Positions 9,015 through 19,248 of a stretch of 64,000 nt of DNA are shown here, one piece after another (positions within the stretch are counted from its first letter, which is position 1; the number at the start of each line of letters is the position of its first letter). The notes below the pieces were generated by a model. That model saw nothing but the letters and a program-made list of their open reading frames with translations. It ran no database searches and had not been told where the DNA came from. The position numbers and the translations under genes are program-made. Source of the stretch: Candidatus Acetothermia bacterium (GTDB lineage Bacteria; Bipolaricaulota; Bipolaricaulia; RBG-16-55-9); the NCBI GenBank assembly GCA_016201405.1, contig JACQCZ010000016.1, positions 23,798 through 87,797 on the forward strand, written 5' to 3'.

Positions 9015-10901
9015 CTACCAATGAGGCTCCCATTGGGCCCGCCACCACTCAAAGACAAAGAGGTTCCAGAGCTCCCAGAAGCGATCTCTCTTAAAACTAA
9101 AGTGCTCCTTCATCAATTGCCCAACGGCACTAGCATTCCAAATTCCTGATTCCTCGAGGGCTTTTGGACTGAGTCTCTCTTGCACGGAATCAAAGAGATC
9201 TTTGCGGAACCACTCCCCGATGGGGATGCCAAATCCGCCTTTCGGGCGCTGCAAAATTCTTTGAGGCAGATAGCGCTCAGCCACTTTGCGCAAAATCCAT
9301 TTACGCTGTCCTTCACGGAGCTTCCAATTGCCCGGAAGCTGAAAAGCGAGCCTTGCAACAAGCGGATCGACAAACGGAACTCTCACCTCCAAGCTATGCT
9401 GCATGCTTGCTATATCGACTTTATGAAGCATGTCGTAAGGCAGCACAAAATTGACATCGGAGTAGAGCGAGAGATTGAGCCCTGTGTAGCCAGCACTCTT
9501 TCCTTCATCCCAGATCTGGCGCATGAGCGTGGGGAGAGGCTGCACATAGCCATTGTGGCTGACTTTAACGATCTCTTCCTGAAAATTCGTCTCTTGCGAG
9601 ACTGTAGCCTGCAAGTGGCGTTCTACTGGATCAGAAACCATTAAACGTGACAGCTTTCGGACCTGGCGCCATCGCTCCCCAATCAAGCTTCCTCGGCTCT
9701 CTGAGATGGGCAGTCGTGCTGTCAGGCGGAGAAGAGGAGCGACAGCTCCAAACCTCTCGGCCAGCCACAATCCCTGGTATTTGTTGTAGCCTGCAAATAG
9801 CTCATCACCGCCATCACCGGATAGCGCCACTTTCACATGCTGGCGGGTCACTTTGCTGATGATGGAGACCGGAATCAGGGACGAATCTGCGAATGGCTCA
9901 TCGAGGTGATCCAGCGTCTCAACCATCGCTTGCCAGCCTTCTTTGGATGAGACCGCGATCTCCTGATGGCTCGTTTTCAGCTCATCCGCAACGATTCTGG
10001 CGTATTTGGATTCGTCATAGGTCGGTACATCCGGAAAGGTGACTGTGAATGTTCGTAATGGCGAGCTTGATCTCTTCTGAGCCATAGCAACGACCAGCGA
10101 CGAATCGAGTCCACCGGACAAAAATGCTCCGACAGGCACATCGGCCAACAGATGCCCTTCTACAGAATCAGCCAGAGTCTCTTCAAGCTCGTCCACGGCA
10201 TCTTCAAGGCTTCCTTCAAAGGGCTTCTCATTGAGACGGAAAAAGCGCCCGCGATCCACAATCTTCCCGCTCCGCACGAGCAGCCAGTGTCCGGGCTCCA
10301 ATCTTCGTGCATCTTTCCAGATTGTCCAGGGGGCTGGAATGTAATTGAGCGTCAAATAAAACGAGAATGCTTCAGGATCAATTTGACGGGAGAAGCCATT
10401 CAAACTCAGGAGCACTCGTAGCTCAGAAGCAAAGTAGAGCCCATTGGGAGTCTCCGTAAAGAAGATTGGCTTGATGCCGAGCGCATCTCTTGCAAGTAAC
10501 AACTCATCTTTTCTTCGGTCATAGATGGCAAAAGCAAACATCCCCCTTAGCTTGGGCAGCATTTGCTTACCATATTCTTCGTAGAGATGGACGACTACCT
10601 CGGTGTCTGAGTGTGTGTAGAATTTGTGTCCCCTTTGGATGAGCTCTTCGCGAAGCTCGGGAGAGTTGTAGAGTTCTCCGTTGTAGACAATCAGAACATT
10701 TTTGTCTTCGTTGAAGATGGGCTGATCGCCCGTGGCAAGATCAATGATACTGAGACGGCGGTTTCCAAGCCCAACATTCTTGTCGCAGAAGAAGCCCTCT
10801 CCGTCTGGACCACGATGCGAGAGGAGATCATTCATGCTTTGGAGAAGAGTGCGATCTGCCAAAGCGCTGCGCTGAAGGTGCATTCCACAAATTCCGCACA
10901 T
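9015..10901 (-). CDS. asnB: Asparagine synthase-like glutamine amidotransferase (WbpS-like sugar amidation by context)
   Basis: MCGICG, HRGPD, FLSGGLDSS, SGDGGDELF. Confidence 0.9.
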   Translation of the reverse strand: MCGICGMHLQRSALADRTLLQSMNDLLSHRGPDGEGFFCDKNVGLGNRRLSIIDLATGDQPIFNEDKNVLIVYNGELYNSPELREELIQRGHKFYTHSDTEVVVHLYEEYGKQMLPKLRGMFAFAIYDRRKDELLLARDALGIKPIFFTETPNGLYFASELRVLLSLNGFSRQIDPEAFSFYLTLNYIPAPWTIWKDARRLEPGHWLLVRSGKIVDRGRFFRLNEKPFEGSLEDAVDELEETLADSVEGHLLADVPVGAFLSGGLDSSLVVAMAQKRSSSPLRTFTVTFPDVPTYDESKYARIVADELKTSHQEIAVSSKEGWQAMVETLDHLDEPFADSSLIPVSIISKVTRQHVKVALSGDGGDELFAGYNKYQGLWLAERFGAVAPLLRLTARLPISESRGSLIGERWRQVRKLSRLMVSDPVERHLQATVSQETNFQEEIVKVSHNGYVQPLPTLMRQIWDEGKSAGYTGLNLSLYSDVNFVLPYDMLHKVDIASMQHSLEVRVPFVDPLVARLAFQLPGNWKLREGQRKWILRKVAERYLPQRILQRPKGGFGIPIGEWFRKDLFDSVQERLSPKALEESGIWNASAVGQLMKEHFSFKRDRFWELWNLFVFEWWRAQWEPHW

Positions 10902-10903
10902 GG

Positions 10904-12211
10904 CTACGTCTCACCTCCAGCAAGCTTTAATTGAGCCTTTGCAACATCTTCTTTGTATCTCAATTTTAGCTGAAGCACAACATGGGCAGCAATGATTAGA
11001 CCGATTGCCAGCCATAAGAAACGGCTGCGTAGCATCATTTGCTGGGTAGAATAGACCAACAGAGTCAAAAATCCTATAAAAATCCCGCGCGAAATCGCAA
11101 TCCAATGAGAATTGGCAAGCTTCGTTGCCAAGCGAATATTTTGAATACCTGTGACAATGATATATCCAAAAAGCAGCGCAAAAGCAACAGCACCAATCAT
11201 GCCCATCTCCGCTACAACAGAGAGATATGCATTGTGAATCTCATACTGGTAATCCACAGAGATATTCCCAAGTCCATAGCCAAGAAACGGAGATTTTTGA
11301 AAGAGTTGCAGGGCCACTCCCCAATTCATGAGTCTGAAGGGGTCTGTAAATTCACCCTGAGTGGTCACAGTGTTGATGACGCTTAGAGCGCGATTGATCA
11401 CCCCAAAATGTTGATCAATAAGTAGCACGATGAAATAAAAGCTTGCTAAGAAGATGACTCCTGCAATCAACATGCGAAAGTTGGCCCGCACCAGATAGAT
11501 CGACGCATAGATCCCAAGGCAGAATACCAACGCTGCAACGCCCGTCCGGGAGCCCGTCGCCACGATGCAAACAAAAGTTGCGATCAATAAAGCTCCATAG
11601 AAGAGACGACGAATCCATGAACCACTTCCCTGCGCCTCTTCCCAAATCATTGGAAAGAAGAGAACGAGAAAACCGGCCAGCTGATTCGGAAATTTGAATG
11701 TGGAGATCAGCTTTCTGGCCGTGTTATAAAACAAAGGATCATAATGGCCTGTCACAATTTGAAGGATCATCCCGAGAGCGCCTACGCCAACCACAATGAC
11801 AACTGAGATCCGAGCCCATTTGAATATCCTCTCAAAGTACTGCTCGCTCTGGGCTGCGATGAGTGCGATGGCAATGGCCGTAATGGCAAGATAGACCATC
11901 CCCCCGCTCTCAAAGAGATATTGGCTCACATGTGTGCTTCCAAAACCAGAAAGCAAGAGAGCAACAAGCCAAAGCCCAAACAGAATAAAGACATCTTTAG
12001 AAGGCAAACGGCTTTTGTATAGCTTCAGTTGCCCTGTGGACATTTGTAAAAATAAGAAGAAGAGAAAGGCTCCAAAGAGGACTTCGGCCAGTCCTAAGCG
12101 CTGCAGTAACTCCGTCTTGACCCAGGGAATCGAAAGGATGAAGAGACAAAAGATTAGACGTGTAGCCGAAAGCCACTGGCTCTTCACCGGGCTAAGAGCT
12201 ATGCTACTCAT
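10904..12211 (-). CDS. O-antigen ligase/polymerase family membrane protein (WaaL/Wzy/O-OTase)
   Basis: Multi-TM; PNQLA, TGSRTG, GYGLG, HNAYL...EMG. Confidence 0.85.
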   Translation of the reverse strand: MSSIALSPVKSQWLSATRLIFCLFILSIPWVKTELLQRLGLAEVLFGAFLFFLFLQMSTGQLKLYKSRLPSKDVFILFGLWLVALLLSGFGSTHVSQYLFESGGMVYLAITAIAIALIAAQSEQYFERIFKWARISVVIVVGVGALGMILQIVTGHYDPLFYNTARKLISTFKFPNQLAGFLVLFFPMIWEEAQGSGSWIRRLFYGALLIATFVCIVATGSRTGVAALVFCLGIYASIYLVRANFRMLIAGVIFLASFYFIVLLIDQHFGVINRALSVINTVTTQGEFTDPFRLMNWGVALQLFQKSPFLGYGLGNISVDYQYEIHNAYLSVVAEMGMIGAVAFALLFGYIIVTGIQNIRLATKLANSHWIAISRGIFIGFLTLLVYSTQQMMLRSRFLWLAIGLIIAAHVVLQLKLRYKEDVAKAQLKLAGGET

Positions 12212-12255
12212 TGCATTACTTTACAGCAGGAGACCCATAGATTTCGACCTCTCCT

Positions 12256-12647
12256 AGCGTTGTCAGCCCTTCAGAGTGAATAGCCAAGATCGACGTTGCT
12301 GAAATCGAAAAGCATCGGGACACAAATGGAGATACAATTTAGCCCCATCTTTTTTTATGCCCTCATGCTGCAATTGAGGTCTGGAATCTTTGTCCTAGAG
12401 CGAATGTTTGCAAACCAGCGGATGACCCACTCTTCAGGCATACGCAAGAAGGCGCTGTGGATGAACGATTTGTACGCAATGCAATCATTTCATACTCGCT
12501 GATCTGAGTAAATAATCTTGGTAATTCTTTTGGATCATGCTGCTCATGTGAATCAAGTGCGACCACTATCTCATTGGCGGCCGCTCGTATCAAAGTCTGG
12601 AGGACCTTCTGTGCACTGTAAGCTGGAATCACAAACGAGACATTCAT
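12256..12647 (-). pseudogene. Degraded GT2 glycosyltransferase
   Basis: MNVSFVIPAY and DSHEQHDPKELPRL in one frame; KIPDLNCSMRA*, KKDGAKLYLHLCPDAF and SATSILA in successive shifted frames. The 3' boundary is approximate. Confidence 0.75.
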
Positions 12648-12669
12648 GAAATCTGTAATGACCGACAAC

Positions 12670-14025
12670 TCATTTCACTTTTGTATCCTGCAGCACATAC
12701 TCAAAGACCTCCGCCAGCATTTTCGTCTGGCCGCGTCGGCTGTATTTCTCGATCTCAGCATGATCTCCTTCAAAAGGCACTTTCCCATAAGTTCGAAATT
12801 CTCCAAGCCAGTGCTTCAATATCGTGGCAACCTTATTAGACTCCGTCGCTTGAAGACCGGCTTTCGTTCGAGCCAGCAGCGTTTCAAGCACACCCCCAGG
12901 TGGCCCAATGCTAAGAATGGGCTTCTCTGCCGCCAAATATTCAAAGACCTTGCCCGTATAGACTCCCTGTGCTCGCAGATCCGTCCACACTAACAACAAA
13001 AGAATTGTCGATTGCAGTTGGGCTTCCAATGCCTGCTCACGCGGAACCTCACCAAATAGCTTCACGATCTCTTTAAGCTCTTGAAATTTGCCGTCAATCA
13101 GACTGCGAACGAATTCTTGCTTTCTCCCGTAAAATCGCACTTCGATCTCACTCTTGGATAACTCTCTTTCTCTCAACAACAAGAGTAGAGCTTCAAATAG
13201 TGCGCTCGGATCGCTTTTCTCGGAATAGATTGTTCCCGTAAGGGTAATGATGAATTTGGGGTTTTCAGTATTTGCTCTAAGAGCAGAATTCTTGACCCCT
13301 CCAGCCTGAAGGTCATCACGATCAAAGCCGTTGGGAATCACAAAGACCTGTTGCGAATATCTCGAGCGGAGCTCTTGTTGAAGTCCTTCTGAGACCGTGG
13401 TCATTGCCGATGCCCTGCTCATGACTCGTCGCTCTAATCTCTCTTCAAGCCCTTTCAAGAATTGCACCCGCTCCAGATAGGGATTTTGAGTCCAGAGGTC
13501 TCGGAAATCGGCTACCCAAGGAATCTTATATTTGCGACTCATGAGACTCGCCATCCAATGAGCTGTATTGGGAAGAGAGGAGCTGAAGATCAGATCGGGT
13601 CTCTCTTTCTCGATAATGCGACTGACTTCGCGCGTCCCAAAAATTAGCCAGAGCCAAGATTCATCAGGAAAGCAGATCACTTGACGATAGAACTTTATGA
13701 GCCGATTTTCTTCAAGAACCCTTGCAGATCCTTTCGAGCTTTTGGATTCTGTCTTTTTGAGTGCCCTGCCTGAGAGCTTAATCTTGCTATAAAGCCAATA
13801 AAAGATCTCATTCAGCGAGCGATCCTTGACCCGGTAGACGACGCCTATTCGGAGGTCATCTCTAAGTGGGCCTGAGCGAGTATAGCGGTCTGTGAGCGGA
13901 TTGACTGTGACAACAATCGGCTCCCAACCGGATTCCGGGAGGAATTTGGCGAATTTTGTCAGCCTGACGGCGCCGATCACATTCTTCGGCGGATACCAAT
14001 AGGTCAAGATGAGAGCCTTCTTCAT
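12670..14025 (-). CDS. GT4-like glycosyltransferase
   Basis: YWYPP, WVADFRDLW, IPNGFD, GKVFEYL. Confidence 0.88.
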   Translation of the reverse strand: MKKALILTYWYPPKNVIGAVRLTKFAKFLPESGWEPIVVTVNPLTDRYTRSGPLRDDLRIGVVYRVKDRSLNEIFYWLYSKIKLSGRALKKTESKSSKGSARVLEENRLIKFYRQVICFPDESWLWLIFGTREVSRIIEKERPDLIFSSSLPNTAHWMASLMSRKYKIPWVADFRDLWTQNPYLERVQFLKGLEERLERRVMSRASAMTTVSEGLQQELRSRYSQQVFVIPNGFDRDDLQAGGVKNSALRANTENPKFIITLTGTIYSEKSDPSALFEALLLLLRERELSKSEIEVRFYGRKQEFVRSLIDGKFQELKEIVKLFGEVPREQALEAQLQSTILLLLVWTDLRAQGVYTGKVFEYLAAEKPILSIGPPGGVLETLLARTKAGLQATESNKVATILKHWLGEFRTYGKVPFEGDHAEIEKYSRRGQTKMLAEVFEYVLQDTKVK

Positions 14026-14028
14026 ACA

Positions 14029-15435
14029 CTACACACAGCCTGCGGCAACGGACCTGTAAAACTCTCTCTGCTGCTGGGTGAGCAGGTCGTTATTATGCCA
14101 AAGCAGCGTAAAATCTCCACGATGTGCTTTGCACACCAGTGCAAGGTCAAAGATGCGTTTCATAGCCTCTTCCTCCGAGAGCTTCATATAATCAAAGAGA
14201 GTTCGATCCAAAGCTACAAGCGGGCGCTCCAGTAACTCTAACTGCTTCCGGGTATTCAGATTATAAACTGGATACTCGTAGCACGTCCCACATCGAAATC
14301 CGATATGCCCCGAGAACGCAAGCGTACTGTCGTATGTAAGGCCAGCATCTTCCCAGCCCTGCCATGTTACAGGGCCTTTCCAGCGCAAAAAGTGTTGGCG
14401 GCCCCCCCATGCCTGCTGCTCGATTCCTTCAGATGCACAAACCATTCTTAACTTTTCAAATTCTTTCTTGATTTGCTTGGGGTCCAGGTAGGTCTGAAAG
14501 CTAGTATGCAACCCAATCTCATGTCCACGCTTATGGATTGCTTTGAGAAGGCGTCTGATCCACGGAGAGCGCAAATCATAATAGCCATCAATTTCTCCTG
14601 CCGTGCGCTCTGAGATAAAATTGAATGCGCTTTTGACCTCAAGCTGTTCGCTCAGACTCATGATAAAGTCAAATTGGTAGGCAGGATCACGCTCATACCG
14701 GTCATACCCTGTCTGGATTCGGGTCCTGAATCGGTGCCACGCCATTCCCAATTCGTGGCGGCGCAGGACATCTCCAGCGGTATTTCTTAATACAGTTGGC
14801 CATGATTTCCCTGCTACCCACGCCGGATCATCAACATCATGAGAGAGAACGAACCTATAATCTCGCTCTTTTCTCTTCAAACTTGGCCAGATGCGCTTCA
14901 GCAAAGCCCACAATAAATCCAAATACTCATTGACAATCGGACGTTCGAGGAATCCTTCTTTATACGCAAGCGATGCGGAGAAGAGGAAGCGGTCAAAGTG
15001 GTCTCGCACTGATTTTATTATTTCCTCATAGCGGGTGAGTATGAAGAAGGCACTGCCAAAGATGTCAATGCCAAGCTTTGTGCTTGTTCCTGTGCTTTCA
15101 TAAAAACTTCGTTTGGAAAGCTTCTGGCCATAAATGACGGGTAGACTCTCTTCGTTTGCTTCCGTGCATGAGAGAAGATCTTTTGGAATCTCCCATCGAT
15201 CAAGAGGCATTTTCGGCAATGACTTTTCAGTTAGCCACTCTTGCACGTTAGTTTGAAATAAAAGATCAGAGATTACTAACTCATAGCTCTGCGAATCACC
15301 GGATAATGTAATTCGAATATTGGTCCGATTTTGCTCAACCAACTCAAATTCAAGTCCTAAAAAATTTTGAAAAAATAAGAAGTAGATATATTGGCGCTCA
15401 GGCAAGTAACTAGGTGGATGCTCGATTACCAGCAT
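14029..15435 (-). CDS. Polysaccharide deacetylase (CE4-like) family protein
   Basis: SHDVD, HEIGLH, GGRQHFLR, YDSTL, GFRCGTC, LLWHN. Confidence 0.85.
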   Translation of the reverse strand: MLVIEHPPSYLPERQYIYFLFFQNFLGLEFELVEQNRTNIRITLSGDSQSYELVISDLLFQTNVQEWLTEKSLPKMPLDRWEIPKDLLSCTEANEESLPVIYGQKLSKRSFYESTGTSTKLGIDIFGSAFFILTRYEEIIKSVRDHFDRFLFSASLAYKEGFLERPIVNEYLDLLWALLKRIWPSLKRKERDYRFVLSHDVDDPAWVAGKSWPTVLRNTAGDVLRRHELGMAWHRFRTRIQTGYDRYERDPAYQFDFIMSLSEQLEVKSAFNFISERTAGEIDGYYDLRSPWIRRLLKAIHKRGHEIGLHTSFQTYLDPKQIKKEFEKLRMVCASEGIEQQAWGGRQHFLRWKGPVTWQGWEDAGLTYDSTLAFSGHIGFRCGTCYEYPVYNLNTRKQLELLERPLVALDRTLFDYMKLSEEEAMKRIFDLALVCKAHRGDFTLLWHNNDLLTQQQREFYRSVAAGCV

Positions 15436-15438
15436 TTT

Positions 15439-16440
15439 TTACCCACCACGCCGAAACAGCCTCCGCAGAGCAGCCCGAAGATGAAGTGCCAGGTCAAGTG
15501 ATGGCCGTGCCCATGAAACTGAATAATAAGGTGTGAGCCGCCCACCAAATTTTCGGAAAAAGAGCTCAATCGCAGGCATCATGGAACCTTCAAAATCAAA
15601 CTCGCTGAGTCTCAGCTCTTCCGAAACAAATCGAATGGCCTTCCAAATCGCTAGGGCTGACGCTCCCGAGTGGGCAATGGCAGGATCATATCCTCCAAGC
15701 AAGTAGTATGCTCGGCGATGATCCCAGACGATATAGACTCCCGCAATCGGCCGATGTTGCCCATCGCTTGCAATAAAAATTTGAGACTGCTTTCGATTCT
15801 TGAGCAGAGCATGGATTCCAAAAGCAGCTTTGCGAAATCCGGCGTGAAGCTTCTGTCGATGGAAGGTCTTTTGGACCAGTTCAAAAAAACCGTCAAAATC
15901 ATCACTCTTCACGACTGAAATATTGTCACGCTCCGCGCGAAGAATGTCGTTTCGGCGGCGCTTCTCCATCTCATCCCAAGCTTGAGCGAGATCATCCAGA
16001 TGTAAAATGTACGTATATCGGACAGAGCTTGAATAGCCTGCCCAGATCATTGACTGCAAATCTACAACACTTGGATGAACCTGGAAACGCAACCGATCAT
16101 ATTGGTCTTTTAGCATCGGGGCTAAAATTGTCTGAATCTCTTTCTCTTTTGATATCTGGCTGATATATTTTGTCTCGCAAGGCTCATGAAGAATTCCCAA
16201 ATAGGGTGTGAGAGGTGGATGCTCTCCGCTCTTCAACCCAAGCGGAAGCTTGCGCACTCCCAATGGCAGACCAGCGATCAATTCCTTATTTTGATAGACT
16301 CCATAAATTTTGAAGTCACATCCGGTGGCCTGAAGCCACGATGAAGTTGAGAAGATCGTCCCTTGAGGTGATCGCTCAACCAATGAATCCCAACTCTCAT
16401 ATTCTGAAGAATTTAGCGCAACTACTTCATATTCTGTCAT
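15439..16440 (-). CDS. GNAT/FemAB-like (amino)acyltransferase
   Basis: SPQGTIF...W, TPYLG, FDFEGSM, FFRKFGG. Confidence 0.82.
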   Translation of the reverse strand: MTEYEVVALNSSEYESWDSLVERSPQGTIFSTSSWLQATGCDFKIYGVYQNKELIAGLPLGVRKLPLGLKSGEHPPLTPYLGILHEPCETKYISQISKEKEIQTILAPMLKDQYDRLRFQVHPSVVDLQSMIWAGYSSSVRYTYILHLDDLAQAWDEMEKRRRNDILRAERDNISVVKSDDFDGFFELVQKTFHRQKLHAGFRKAAFGIHALLKNRKQSQIFIASDGQHRPIAGVYIVWDHRRAYYLLGGYDPAIAHSGASALAIWKAIRFVSEELRLSEFDFEGSMMPAIELFFRKFGGRLTPYYSVSWARPSLDLALHLRAALRRLFRRGG

Positions 16441-17615
16441 GCGATGATTCCATCTTTCTGATCCTTCCCATTCAGATCATGACAGATTTTCCTCAACAGA
16501 TCTTTGGACATATTCTGGTGTACGGGAATATCCAACCCAAACCGGCTGAGCAGGTGAGATGCAGTCTCCTTACCATTTTGGGAATGATCAATTGGCTTTG
16601 GCCAGTTGAAATTACCAACTCTCATCCCCTCTCGACGCAGTCTCTTTGCTATGGCAATCCCTTGGTGTGGCAAATTTGTAATAACCTTCTGCCTCAGCCA
16701 TGCAGGCTTGATATTTTTGCCAACGGGCCAGCATGAATAGTTTTGCGAACTATCCACTACAAAATTGGCATTATCATTTCGCAACTTTAACACCTTGGAA
16801 TATCGCTCAAGCTGCCATAGCCCAAGAGCAGCCCGCAAAGGGCCAATCGAAGTATCGGGCAAGTCAAACCGATTCGCACGAGTGATCTTTCTCATCGCAC
16901 GATGGAAGATGCTCTCATGCCCAATCATCCGGCGTCTATGGATCAAGAATGCATTAAACTCTGACATCTTCTTATATTCCCATTCCACCGAGATTCCTTC
17001 CATCCGTGGAATCTGCACCTTTGAAGCAAGCGCCTTTGTATTGGCAAGAAGAGCTCCTCCCCACCCTAATGAGAGGGGCTTGTCGTAGTTGAAGCTGAAG
17101 ACTGCAGCATCCCCTACCGTGCCTGTTGGACGATCTCCAATCAAAGCCCCAACTGTATGCGCACAATCCTCGATGATCAAGACGTCCATGCTTCTGCAGG
17201 TCTCGATGATTTCTGAAAAATCATAAGGGACCCCAAATAAATGAGGAATAATGATCGCGGCATGTTCTGGCTTTAGTGATTCGACAATTGCACCCCAATC
17301 GATGCTGCCATTCACTGAGCTAAAATCGAATGTCTCTACCACAAATCCTGCGTTCAGGACCGCATCAGATACAGCTGGACAGTTGAAATTGCATATCAGA
17401 ACTGAATCTTTTCCAGGTTTTGCAGTGCTCTTCAAAACCCACTCGATCGCTCGTCTCCCGCTGGGAACGGGCCAGATCGCTCCTCTAATGCCTAAAAGGT
17501 CGAGAAATTCCTGCAAAAAATCCACAGAGTCCGGGGCCGCACGCTTGCGGCCGATCTCTTCCACAACCTCAAAACTCCAGAACTCTTCTACCGTATCTTT
17601 AATGGTTTGCCGCAT
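16437..17615 (-). CDS. Divergent DegT-family PLP aminotransferase
   Basis: SGRRAI, HLFG, IIEDCAH, FSFNYDKP. Confidence 0.8.
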   Translation of the reverse strand: MRQTIKDTVEEFWSFEVVEEIGRKRAAPDSVDFLQEFLDLLGIRGAIWPVPSGRRAIEWVLKSTAKPGKDSVLICNFNCPAVSDAVLNAGFVVETFDFSSVNGSIDWGAIVESLKPEHAAIIIPHLFGVPYDFSEIIETCRSMDVLIIEDCAHTVGALIGDRPTGTVGDAAVFSFNYDKPLSLGWGGALLANTKALASKVQIPRMEGISVEWEYKKMSEFNAFLIHRRRMIGHESIFHRAMRKITRANRFDLPDTSIGPLRAALGLWQLERYSKVLKLRNDNANFVVDSSQNYSCWPVGKNIKPAWLRQKVITNLPHQGIAIAKRLRREGMRVGNFNWPKPIDHSQNGKETASHLLSRFGLDIPVHQNMSKDLLRKICHDLNGKDQKDGIIA

Positions 17616-18540
17616 AAGCTTTGAGCTTTTGATAGAGCTCTTGTGGGATATTGATCTTTGTTGGTCTTTGGAATGATGATGGCACGTCTGCTAGCTGCTT
17701 CAAATCGACTCCATGTTTCCTTAAAAAATCTTCAAGCTTTGCAAGAGAAGTGCCCGTGTCTCTACAAAACTCTGCATAGTCGATATCCAAAAAACGACTT
17801 TCGCCAATCTTCTCCCGGTCACAACGTATGAGGTCATAAATCTCCCGAATCTGTTTTATGACTTGCTCATGTGACGGAAGCTTTCTCAGCTCATCAATAT
17901 TGGGTGGCTCCATCGACCACCATGCATCATAAGAGCCATTGACCTTCATTCTGACTTCAAGCAGTGAATGGGCATTGTCAACCAGGCCTCGATGAATGAC
18001 GATAAACAATGCCTTTGGCAAAGCTGTTGCAATGGGTTGGAGGCGCAAGGCACAGTTCATGTTTTTAAATAGAAGGGGTCTATTAATCGACAGAATCAGC
18101 GAGTACACGGCCTTGCCCATTTGCGCCATCTTCAAGGGATTGGCCTCGCTCTGAGGCACGTATTGTGGCTTTCTGCGAAAGAAACGATACCAAAACTGCC
18201 CACACTCACTTGGAGCCGCAATCCCTTCTGTCTGTCCATGGTGAGACTGAAAATCAGTTTCTCGCCTCCACCTTAGAGGATCAATGAGCCTTTGTGCCCA
18301 GGATGGAGCTCCCCAGAATTTGCAATGAAAATTCGTCAAATATCCAATGTCGTAGTGAGCGGTCAGAACTTGATAGAGAAGTGTGCTGCCAGAACGCGGT
18401 GCACCAATAATGAAAATCGGAATCAGCGAAGAGCTTTGTGGCTCTTGACTTTCTCTAGAAAGCCTGGTCTCAAGATACGAAAAGATAACATTCAAAGCAT
18501 AAAGTATTCTGGCAAAAATCTTGCGTATGAATGCTTTCAT
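17599..18540 (-). CDS. Sulfotransferase
   Basis: PAPS-binding loop FIIGAPRSGSTLL; FIVIHR...S motif. Confidence 0.85.
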   Translation of the reverse strand: MKAFIRKIFARILYALNVIFSYLETRLSRESQEPQSSSLIPIFIIGAPRSGSTLLYQVLTAHYDIGYLTNFHCKFWGAPSWAQRLIDPLRWRRETDFQSHHGQTEGIAAPSECGQFWYRFFRRKPQYVPQSEANPLKMAQMGKAVYSLILSINRPLLFKNMNCALRLQPIATALPKALFIVIHRGLVDNAHSLLEVRMKVNGSYDAWWSMEPPNIDELRKLPSHEQVIKQIREIYDLIRCDREKIGESRFLDIDYAEFCRDTGTSLAKLEDFLRKHGVDLKQLADVPSSFQRPTKINIPQELYQKLKAYAANH

Positions 18541-18552
18541 CCTCAGCCTCTC

Positions 18553-19248
18553 TTATGAAAGAATTTTTACTGCTTTACGCTTTTGGACATTGGGTGAATT
18601 CAGTACATAAAACAATCTCGAAAATGCCTCTTCTTGAGCCAAGATTTCAAATCCAGCCTCTCGAAAGGTGCTTTCCAGTTTTGATCTCGTTATGCCATTA
18701 TGGCCGACTTCCCAAAAATGGCTCTTCTCTTTGATCTTCCCTCGAGGCGCTTTGATAGAGAAAGAATGACTGCCCAATTTCGGCAGCTGCACGCTGATCA
18801 TGAACCATCGCACTTGGTTTCTAGGCACGCTTAAAAATAAATTCCCTTTGCAGACGCAAACAATCCTCTCCAGCACGTTTCTAAATGCATCGAAGGGGAC
18901 ATGCTCAAATATTTCGAAAGCAAGTATATGGTCATAGGAGTCCACGAACGGATACTTCACTATATTTGCGACAATATCGGGTCTCTTTTCTGCATCAATG
19001 TCAACAGTAGTAACATCAATGCCTTTCGATTGCAGATAATTCGCTGTAAAACCAGATCCCACACCCATCTCTAATACATGTTGACCTCGTACCACAAATC
19101 CTTGCATTATCTTTTGTTGACGCCAATATAAACGCCAATGATCTTCACTTTCGAGTGACTGAATCCAAGACGCACTGTAACGATAGGATACACCGTCAAC
19201 AATCTCCAATTTTTCATTGGAATCTTGCATAAACTCACCTCTGTTCAC
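18553..19248 (-). CDS. Class I SAM-dependent methyltransferase
   Basis: VLEMGVGSG, VDID, EIFEHVP. Start could instead be the ATG at 19230. Confidence 0.82.
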   Translation of the reverse strand: MNRGEFMQDSNEKLEIVDGVSYRYSASWIQSLESEDHWRLYWRQQKIMQGFVVRGQHVLEMGVGSGFTANYLQSKGIDVTTVDIDAEKRPDIVANIVKYPFVDSYDHILAFEIFEHVPFDAFRNVLERIVCVCKGNLFLSVPRNQVRWFMISVQLPKLGSHSFSIKAPRGKIKEKSHFWEVGHNGITRSKLESTFREAGFEILAQEEAFSRLFYVLNSPNVQKRKAVKILS

